Notes under the pieces: model-generated
Seen by the model: only the letters and a program-made list of their open reading frames with translations
Told to the model about the DNA's origin: nothing
Database searches by the model: none
Assembly: GCA_032718475.1 (NCBI GenBank)
Contig: JAUCBJ010007107.1
Coordinates: forward strand, 8,721-72,720
Reading direction: 5' to 3'
DNA from: Nemertoderma westbladi
Taxonomy: Eukaryota > Animalia > Xenacoelomorpha
Length of the DNA: 64,000 nucleotides
Translations under genes and position numbers: made by a program
In this document: one piece after another, positions 12,490 through 22,800 of the stretch
Numbering within the stretch: the stretch's first letter is position 1
Layout of the letters: the number at the start of each line of letters is the position of its first letter

Positions 12490-13230
12490 TTCTAGCAATC
12501 TTTGAACGCCCGTATCTCAGCTGTTTCTAAACGAAATTCAACAAAAATCGAATTGCATTTTGGAATCCTTGCAAAGCAAGCTTTCTAATGGTATGAAAAA
12601 TTCACTAATGATTATCAATGAGATTAATTAATGTGAAGTATGGCGACAATAGGAGATGTGCAATTTCGCAAAAGACACTTTTTTAAAACGCATATTAAAC
12701 AAATTTACAGGCAAAATCGAAAATGCCGGCTTCATGTGGAAATCGACGGTGAGTGGAACTAGTTGTTCAAGTAATATGATAAAGTACGGAAGCCCATAAC
12801 GGCCATGTCGCGCGCAAACTTCCATGTCAAGCGCGCAAACTTTATGCCATTTCCGTGTAGAAACATTTGCGCGCGCGACATGGAAGTTTGCGCGCGCGAC
12901 GTGTAAGTTTGCGCGCGCGACATGGAAGTCGCGCGCGCAAACTCTCATGTCGCGCGCGCAAACTTTCATGTCGCGCGCGCAAACTTCCATGTCGAGCGCG
13001 CAAATATTTCTACACGGAAATGGCATAAAGTTTGCGCGCTTGACATGGAAGTTTGCGCGCGACATGGCCGTTATGGGCTTCCGTAATAAAGACTAGTAGA
13101 AAAAGTTTGGGGGGGGGGGTGTGAAAATGACAATATATTACGGGCCACGTTGTAATTGTTAGGGAAAATAAGGTTAGTTTCAACAGGAAAAGGCTACTAG
13201 GAAAAGTTATATGGAGAGAGTATTGGGTGG
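12490..13230. repeat. Interspersed repeat hosting the MITE and BEL element 1; continues at 32317-33720
   Basis: High similarity to 53700-54340 and, for the continuation, to 57250-58140. These copies provide the empty sites for both insertions. Confidence 0.8.
12785..13085. mobile_element. Foldback MITE, IS3EU-like
   Basis: Long perfect TIRs TACGGAAGCCCATAACGGCC... / ...GGCCGTTATGGGCTTCCGTA with internal 21-bp GCGCGCGACATGGAAGTTTGC-type units. 6-bp TSD ATAAAG (12779-12784, 13086-13091); empty site at ~53986. TAY..RTA termini with a 6-bp TSD are the IS3EU signature. Confidence 0.8.
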
Positions 13231-15433
13231 TGTTACGGTATATGGCGCTGTATCCACAGTATTAGTCCATTATGCAGTATGCAGTATTAGTCCATTATGC
13301 AGTATGCAGTATTAGTCCATTATGCAGTATGCAGTATTAGTCCGTTATACTGTACGTAATATTAGTCCGTTGTGCAGTATAATTATTTAGATAAGGCGCA
13401 GTGTGGTGACATTTAGGTAAGGAAGTTAAAACGCCCATATATTTTGCATCCATTCATTTTGTATAGTATGTAGCCCTACCTACGTAATTTTGTATTAGGA
13501 TATATGTAGATAGTTCCAGGGTAGCGAGTTTACTCGGACCCTGGATTTTGTGCTTGCTGATATTAGTTTGATAGGGCTAGCATATAGGGACGCTGTCCTG
13601 GCCATTCAGCAGCCAGAGACGTGATCCATTACCATATATGGTAATAATTTGAGGGCATAGGGCTACAATCCGGTCTCCTTATTGGATTAACTGCTTCCAG
13701 GTTGGTTTAATGCTAGCATGGACTGGAGAGCCAATGGGAGAGCGATTGAGTCACCTTATTGCATCACCCCATCCGGATCACCTATAAATTGGCGGTGTGC
13801 CGGTAGGGCCTTTTGTTGTTCATATGTTCATGCCTTATCACATGACACACCCCTGTTACAATTTACTTGCTGAGCTGTCTCTAATTTTGTATTAGGATAT
13901 CGTATTTCTGCAATTTGCTAATTCTGATTAATTTCTTGGAATGATTTGCTATTACGATTACTTTGCTTGTGTTTCTCAATAATTCCTTCGATTACTGCAA
14001 ATTACAATCGAACTATGATTTCTACCTTTGATTGATGGTTCTATGTGATTCTTTTCTGCGCAATAATCCCAAGGGATTCCTGAGACTGTCAGACTTTGTG
14101 ATTTGCATGCGCCGCTACGGTAGCTATTAGCATCATGGAGGGCTAAGGTGCCAGTGGGCGGTGGGCGCATCGGGGGGTTGAGCAACTAGGAGAGAGCGGA
14201 GGATTCAAGGCGGGCAACGCTGGCCAGGGTCACCGTTGCGGGCGGGTATCTTGCACTGCGGCACGCAGACCGATCGCCGGTACAGTATCTAGGGGGCTGA
14301 TGATCCAGGTTTTGTCTCTATTTAGTATTAGGGGGGCAGGAATTGGGTTAGTTAGGAATCCTAGATGTACCCGGGAGAGGCCTGCGCGTATTATAACGTT
14401 GAGTGTGGAGTACGAGTAGTGAATTGCACAATTGTAAACTGTGATTTCTAACGCTGATTGGTGTGTTATTGAAGTGTGCCTAAGATTACGAATGCTTAGA
14501 TAGGCGCTCTTTTCCTTTGATTGATTTCTATTTCTTAGTTACAATAATTAGTTATTGATTAGGTCAAAGTAATACGGCAATTTAGGCTATTACTAGCGAA
14601 ACCTGTTGCGTGATAAATTAGAATTACGTATTCTGGAACTCTTAGTAATTAGTACGCTGTTAAATATTTGTGACTGTAATTAATTAGTAAAAAAATTAAG
14701 AATTAGTACGCAGCATAGCGGAGAGTAGCTAAGGTAATAATTAGTGTACTGTAAACTATTCACGCTGAGCGGTTATTTGCATTAGCGGGCAATCAGCTAG
14801 AACGCACTATTCGGTACGCACGATACGCTAGTAATTTTGCTGGCCTAAAGCCAGTCGGGGGCAGTTTTAGACCCGGAGTGGTACTATCCACGTAGAAACA
14901 GATACTGTACCATTTTGATATTTTAAATATTCTCGCATTCACACATTACGTTAGGGAACCTCCAGTATTCGCGATTAGAAAGACGTAGGTAATAGCGTGC
15001 TTTAATAGTGATAGAATTAGGCGTAAGAATACTCTGAGTGCAAGGCCTCTCGCACTCGTCTTAAGTAAGCTTAGGGAGCCGACTCGGGTTTACTGTTTTG
15101 GTTATTCCTGCGTGGCTCATAGATTCGAACAGTTAGCTCTCTATCGAGCAATCGGTAGAGAAAGGAACAAGCGATTTTGCAGGAGTTGTGTAAATTTAGT
15201 AAAATATATTAGCGGACGGCAGATTAGCGCCATCTAACGGTAAGTAGCAGTTTGTATTTAGCAACCCTTACAATTTAGTAATATCACGCTCCTGAGCCCC
15301 TTTACTTAACAGTAGAGCAGTCTTTGTGTCTTATTGGTTAGACGAGAACTTATTAGGTTGGCAGAAGGATATTAACGGGTATTGGTCTGTTCAACAGTTC
15401 TGCTGTTAGTATAGAGGTCGCGGTTGTTTATCA
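13231..15433 (+). repeat. 5' LTR of element 1 (2203 bp)
   Basis: Direct repeat of 30114-32316; I spotted only 4 substitutions by eye. CCAAT at ~13731 and TATAAA at ~13783. Confidence 0.95.
13257..13381 (+). repeat. 25-bp tandem repeat (about 5 units) at the LTR start; also at 30140-30264
   Basis: CAGTATTAGTCCATTATGCAGTATG x3 plus two variant units, with no spacers. Confidence 0.9.
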
Positions 15434-15477
15434 GTAATACGCGCTTTGTTTGCTGTAGGCTGTAGCGTACAGTAAAT

Positions 15478-15790
15478 AGAGTATTCTTAGGCTGTTAATT
15501 TAGATCACTGATACTTCGTATCAGTAATACGCGGTTTGTTTTGCTGTACTGCGTACAGTAAATACGAATTAGATTACTGTATTAGGTACTGTACTGCGTA
15601 CGGTGAGACAGAGAGTATTCTTAGGCTGTTAATTTAGATCACTGATACTTCGTATCAGTAATACGCGTTTTGTTTTGCTGTACTGCGTACTGTAAATACG
15701 AATTAGATTACTGTATTAGGTACTGTACTGCGTACGGTGAGACAGAGAGTATTCTTAGGCTGATTAGTAGTATCACAGTATTAAGTAATA
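15478..15790 (+). repeat. 134-bp tandem repeat in the 5' leader of element 1
   Basis: AGAGTATTCTTAGGCTG... recurs at ~15478, 15612 and 15747; degenerate subunits extend to ~16070. Confidence 0.85.
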
Positions 15791-16896
15791 AGTTGGAGCA
15801 CGTGATCGTCTGCTGTAGGCTATAGGCTAGCGTACAGTAAGACATTGAGTTTATTCTATTAGGTTGTTAGTTTAGATTACTGTATTCACTGGCTGCGTAC
15901 AATAGTACAGTAGTACATTAGGCTGATTGTTGTTACTGCGTACGGTAGAAGGGACATTTGTTTTGCCGTACCACACACAGTATCATTAGGCTGTTAGGTT
16001 GGTGTACTGTTTTACTTACTGTACTGCATACAGTGAATGTACGGTAGTGCGTTTTTACTAATTGCGAATACAGCAGTTCCTTAGGCCTTAGGGCAAACAG
16101 TAATTAGTAAGTTTTTTGAAAATTTTAGCTAGGTTTGCGAGAATTCAGTTTTCGGTCAAAATTATTTTGTAAAATTCTAGAGTTTTGTACCGGTATGTTA
16201 GGTAACCGCTTAGTTATTTTATACCATCTGGAGATATATGGCAAGACGGAACTTCTGAGTTTGGGGTTCGTGTGGGTCTGCGGGTTCGGTTTGCAATCAG
16301 CGAAGGGCCTGAATCTTTGGACGCGGACGTGGAATCTCACAGCAAACAAGGTTGGTTGTTCTGTTGGCACCAGTGTGTTTGTGGAAGCAGTAAAAAATTA
16401 CCGGTTGTTTAACTGCGAAGCTGAACTCAATTTATTAGTTAGGATATTTAGGTTTAGCCGGCCATGGTTTTTTGAATCGCTCAAGTTAGAGAGAGAGTTA
16501 GAGAGAGTCGCAACCCGAAGATGTAGCCACGCGCTAGTGGATACATATAATATTTGAAACTAAAATTACGTTGATTAGAGCTATATATATAAAATTAGAA
16601 ATATTCGGGTGGCAAGTATATTTTGAATATTTTGTATTAGATTCAGAGTTATTTTGTGCTATACCGGTATTTAATGCTATATAATAGCTATATAATAATA
16701 TTTTGTTTAAATATTGTGCTAGTATTTGCTATAACTATATACCCCATTAAATTCACAATATTGCATTGCGAATTTATTTTGACATTTGGACCAACTGATT
16801 ATTTGACAAATAATTTGACCGTATTTCGGTTAAATTATAATTATATCTCGAACTTTGCGAGATATTTTTGCCGGAAGGCAAAATATTATTTAGACT

Positions 16897-19800
16897 ATGA
16901 GTGTCTCAGACAAAGAGGCACTAGAGGACAGCTATGAGACGGCGGCTGGACCGCCGACTGACGATAGCGTAAATATTACTGTTGATGACAATGCCGACTA
17001 TGACGACGCAGCGAGCGACGCTGACGTAAGTGAACAGGAGGACGAGACAGTGACTAGTGAGGAAGAACAGCAGCCTCATGTAATAGTATTAGGATCCCCT
17101 ACCGCTACTGTAAGGAAGGATTGTACAGCAACCCAACCAGAGGTGAGTGATAGGGAGGGTAGTGTAGCAGAAGCGAGAGCCCGGAGCCCGGTTTCCAGAC
17201 CTGTGGGTATGGTAAGTGCCGTGGTCCCGACGGCTGTTAGGAGTACCCGTAGTTTCCGAAATAATCCTTCAAGTCCACCAAGTGTGAGTCAGGTAAGCGA
17301 GAGAGAACTTGATATCGCGATAAAGAAGAAACTTCGCGCGCATGCCGGACATATAACTCGGACGGCGGACAAGGTAAGGAAGATGTTAGCTGACCCAGCG
17401 AACATCGGGAGGGTAGAATTAGTAGAGATTAGAAGAGGATATAACTCAGCGTTATTCAAGCAGACGGAGGAGCTTGCAGTCCTAGCGAAGAAGGCAGTAG
17501 AGTCTCAGTCGAGCGACGTAGCAACGAGGATTTACGACAGGGTTTTAGCAGCCTTGTTAGAGCACCGCGAGTTATCGGAGCGATTCCGGCGAGTTAGGAC
17601 GGAGAACTGGCTGCTATGGGCATCACAAACGCAGGCGACTCAGGTGAGTGACGCAGAGTTAAGAGACTTAGTGGAGCGGGAAGAGATCCAAGATAAGGAA
17701 GAGCGCCGTTATCAGAGGGAAGTTACTAGCTGGCTGATGCAGAATGGAGTGGTGGTACCAGGCCAGGTGCTACCGACGACGGAGAACATTCAACAGAGGA
17801 CGTTAACTCCACCCGACGATGCATCCAGAGACAGCGGCGATTCCCAGGTTAGTCACGCGCGAGGGAAAGTAATATGTGCTAGATCCCTTGTTTCTCACAA
17901 CTCGGCGGAGGAGAGAAGACGCCGACTAGACGAACAGCAGGCGGAAGTTTTGCGTGCACAGGAAGCACGGAAGGAAGCCGAGCGGGAACGGGAGCGCACA
18001 CGTAAGTTGGACGCAGAGTTACGAGAGTTGGAAGAGATAAGTAAGCGCGAGCGAGCGGAACGCGAGCAAAGGGAACGTGAACTCCAAGCCGAGCGCGAGC
18101 GCGAGGAACTCGAATGCGAACAGAGAGAACGCGAACTCCAACTTGAATGCGAACGGGAAGCGAAGAAACGCGAACTCCAACTCGAACGCGAACAGGAAGC
18201 GAAGAAACGCGAACTCCAAGCCGAACGCAAGCGCAAGAAACTCGATCGTGAACAGAAGGAGCGCGAGCTTCAACTCGAATGCGGACGCAAGGAACGCGAA
18301 CTCGAGATCGAGAAAAGAAGACGCGCATTGTATGAAGAAAAGGCGCGAGTGGAAGAAGAGAGCGCAGCGAGACGAGCGAGGGAAGAAGAAGAGCGTAAAC
18401 TGGCGCAGTTGGAAAGTGCGAGATTAAGTTTAGAGAGCGAAGAACGGACTAGGAAGGCGAACGAAATCGCCGAGAAGGGGATGCGAATGCTCGAAGAATG
18501 TGGGGCGAGTGTGGGGACAGAGTTGCGAGAACTGTTCGCACTGCAGAAGGCCGAACAGGAAGCGAGAACTCCGACTATACGCGAGTCAACGACGACCAGA
18601 ATTCCTATACCCGGTCCAGCTATTACGAGTACACGGATCGTTAAACCGTTCTCTACATATCGCACGCCAGTTGGTATTAGTGCTTCACCTATCGCCCAGG
18701 ATCTACGTCATCGGAACGCCGCACCACTGTATACCGAACGTGACAACGGAGAATTTAGAGAAGAAACTCCAACGGGACGAGTATTTGGCGAACCGAACCC
18801 GCGGGTTTGGAATACGCGGACGGAGCGCCGACCCAGTTCGACGGAGAACTTCCGGGTTAAACCGGAAGAGGGATCATATGAGAGACAGCGGATTACTCAG
18901 ATAGAGCCGACTATACAACAGAACCCTAGCCAGGAATTTATTACGAGGGATGAGTTAAGTGCTAGTTTAGCGCAAGCTATATCGCCGCACATCCAACCTA
19001 TAACGGACATGCTTAGCAACCTACGGTTAAAGGAAGCAGCCCAGGTAAGAAGTAATTCTAATCCTAGCAGGCCTGAGTTAGATAAAGTCCAGCCTAGTCA
19101 ACGAGTACGCATATCGGAGGAGACTATACCACATAGACCTCAGGTAAGGACGCCTGTCCCGAATATCCATAATCCCAATTTCGAAAATTCGGCAGAAAGA
19201 TTTATTGAGGAAGCTTGGGTCAGGGCCTCGGCGCGCAAACCATCGCGAGTGCTAAGGACTGACACCGAGTCAAGCGATGAAGAGGAAGACATGAGACGTC
19301 AGAAGTCCCGAAACTATAAGGAAAGAAGGACGGACGCGGAGCAGGTAAGTTGGAACCACCGGGAAAGGACCAGACTTAACAACCCTGCGGAACTAAACCA
19401 TTTGTTAACCCGGAACGACGCAACCCTTAGGGACATAGGTAAGTTTGCTGCTAGGCAAGGACTGCCGACGCAGCAACCCCAGAAGTTTATGGGTAACCAT
19501 AAACATTGGAGGACCTTCAAAACCTATGTCGACGAGCAGCTAACCAACAGCACCTTTACTCCCAACGAAAAGTTCAACTATTTGCTTCAGATGCTCCATC
19601 GAGAACCTAGAGCCATTGCTGATAACTTCGTCGGCAATGAACGGGCATTCGAATTAGCGATGAAGACGCTTAGCGACATCTACGGGAATAAAACGAAGAT
19701 GGCGCAGTCGATAGTAGAAGACTTGGGTAAGGGCGGAAGGATTACAACTCCGTTAGAGCTGTTGAACTTAGCGAACGCTATTTCGAACGCATTGGACATC

Positions 19801-22800
19801 TTGAGGACGGTGAATCTACCTCATCATGGTGATCACGCCGAAGTTTTGAAAAGCGTAATAAGACGTTTAAACATGCGTTACAGACAGAAATGGCGCAAAT
19901 TAGAGAATAAGTTGGAGGGCCAAGGTAAGGTGTTGACACTTCAGCATATTCATGACATGATAGCCACAGACGCAGTAGCAGAGATGAAATCAAACTTCTC
20001 AGAGGAGAATATGAGGGAGTCTAAACCTGTTACCGGTAAGTCTATGGTAAGTTTTGACGATGACAGGACCACTGTGACATTTAACTCAGTAGACAGATAT
20101 AATTCGAATACCCCAGCCTTTAGATCAGACTCGCGAGTATGGTCAGGTGAGCGGTTAGATAGACCTAGGTTAAAGCAACAGGAGTTGCCGGATGGATTTG
20201 TAGGTTGCCAATACTGTTTACTAAAGGAGGTAAGATCTGACGACCATAAGTTAGATAGTTGCAGACGGTTCAAAGAATTAAATTCGGAACAGAGAAGAGT
20301 TCAAGTGCGGACGTTGGACACCTGTTGGGCTTGTCTTGCGCCAGGTCATGTACGGCGGCAGTGCCCGAACAGCAAGGACGGATGCATGGAATGCGGCAGA
20401 CTACATCACAAGTTGCTACATGCGGATTTCCACACCCCAACGGACCGTTACTTACAGCGAAATCCTCAAAGGAAGGGGAGCAAAGAACCCGTATCGATAA
20501 GGAGGAATACGTACACTGGCATCCAGGACGATGGTTACCAACCAGGTTCGTCGGACGAGGATGGCGAGTCGAGCGCGAGAGAAGTGACCTGCCAAGGTTT
20601 CACTGCGGATAGTTCATCGACCAGCGCGCGGACGTATTTATCATCGGCAACGTCGGAAATATTTAGCGTGATTCCGGTGAAACTCACTGGCGATAAGGGA
20701 TCGAAGCGAATATATGTGATGTTGGACACTGCGTCCACATTATCTTATATCGACGAGGAAGTGGCGAGAGCCGTTTCTAGCTTCCAGGACGCCGAGGAGA
20801 TCCAAATAGAGTTGAAGTCTATGCATGGAGTAGGAGACCTCAAGGGACACAGAATTTCGGTAGAACTTGATTCCCTACTTCCGAGAGACCAGCATACTCG
20901 ACAAGAACGGAAAGCTTTGCCATTGGACGGATTTAAGTGTCTAGCTATGAAGGGATTCGGCAGGCAGTTAGGTAAGGTGCCGCCGATGAGTCCCATAGCA
21001 CAGGAGTATTTTGACAAGCTCAGGATACCCAGACATCAGGTAGGTTATAGGAATGTTTCTATGTTGATTGGTGCAGAACAGCTGATCGCACACCAGATAT
21101 GGGAAACGAGACCAGCTGAGCCGCATGTCAATGGACCACATGCCCATAGGACCATACTAGGTTGGTATACACGAGTACCCATGTCTTATGAGTTTACAGG
21201 TGGCGACAAGCCAATGGACAGATACGATGAATTACAGCCTATAACTCAACCACCGTTAGTAGAACCACCAGACATAGACGAGTTTAGGAGAACCTGTATT
21301 GACCACTATAGTGACTTTAGCGAGTCGGACGAGGAGTTGATTCCCGATAACGTTAGGTTGTCGGAACCACTTCATAATGACCGGACAGATAGTGAACCCG
21401 AGGACTACTGTTATCAGACCCGTGGGTCTGGTTCAGCGGCCCACGCTACCTATTTGACTAACGTTTTGACTTATACCGACATAGTGGAGGGTCAAGTGGC
21501 TAAATATCGAGACCTAGACATTTTCCAATACAGTGAGGAGGAATTACAGAAGGAATTGATACGCCAGGACCTCGAAACAGGAGCTAGAACCGTCGAATGG
21601 CTGGATAGGGACGCAATGGAACCCGGTGGGTATGATCTAGCCATGTCTACTGATGAGAAACGGTCGCTGGAGATGATGGAAGATACCATACGTCTACTAC
21701 CGACTGGACATTTTGAAGTTGGAATGTTGTGGCGTCGACAACCACCTAAGTTGGAGAACAACTACAGCTTAGCCTTGAAAAGATTGAACGGAGTAAGGGC
21801 TCGGTTGTTGAAGAATCCGGACATTAGGGAGAAGTATTGCGCCCAGATCAACAACTATTTCGCCAAGGGATTTGCTGGGAAGGTAGAGGACCCTGACTTA
21901 GTGACAGACCAGACTTATTACCTTCCACACCACTATGTGACTCACCCTGACAAGCCAGACAAAGTCCGAGTAGACAACGACTGCGCAGCAGTCTATAGAG
22001 GTATGTCCCTAAATTCAGAGTTGATGGATGGTCCCAACCTGAATAACTATTTGATTGGAATACTGTTGCGTTTTAGACAGCGGCGATTCGCATTTACTTG
22101 TGACATCGAGGCGATGTTCCACCAGGTAAGAGCCTGTAAGGCAGACCAGGATAGCCTTCGATTTCTCTGGTTTGAGAATGAAGACTTATCCGGCCCAGTG
22201 GTTACATACCAGATGTACGTAAGGATATTTGGCGCCCGCGATAGTCCAAACGGCACGCTGTTTGTGCTAAAGAAAACGGCAACAGCCCAGATTGGTAAGT
22301 ACCCAGTAGAAGTAATCGAGTCCATCTTGAGAAACTTCTATATGGACGACGGATTGGTGTCCAAGGACACAGCGGAACAAGCCATAGAAGTGGCTCATGG
22401 CCTGCAAGAGTGCTTGGCTACAGGGGGATTTCCTCTGACCAAGTTCACTACTAATTCGGAGGCCCTATTAGAATCGTTCCCGGTAAAAGATCGCGGGAGC
22501 GGAGACATAGAATTGGGGGTAGAACCAATCCCCATGGCGCGAGTACTGGGACTCGCTTGGAACCCGAACTCGGATAAGTTCCAGGTAAGAGTTAGATTTG
22601 AGCCCAGTAGCCCAGACAAAGTTTTGACAAAGAGAATTTGCTTATCGACATTAAGTAGACTATTTGACCCGATGAACTTTATCAGTCCGGTTATATTACA
22701 GGCACGAGCGTGCATGAGGAAAATTTGGTTGTCCGACTTAGAGTGGGACGAACCAATATCTCCTATACATGCAAAGCAGTGGAGGGAGTGGGAAGCCGAG

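Noticed and set aside
12628-13096. ORFs on both strands with ARA/FAR repeats
   Set aside because: Artefact of a GC-rich 21-bp-unit palindromic MITE.
13257-13381. CRISPR-like array at the LTR start
   Set aside because: Head-to-tail 25-bp units with no unique spacers, in a eukaryotic LTR, with no cas genes.
14297-14360. Hammerhead ribozyme at CTGATGA in the element 1 LTR
   Set aside because: No correctly placed stem II followed by a GAAA core; the segment is better explained as part of a long hairpin.
17879-18665. Antisense and alternate-frame ORFs over the gag coiled coil
   Set aside because: Shadow ORFs of a low-complexity, stop-poor coding repeat.
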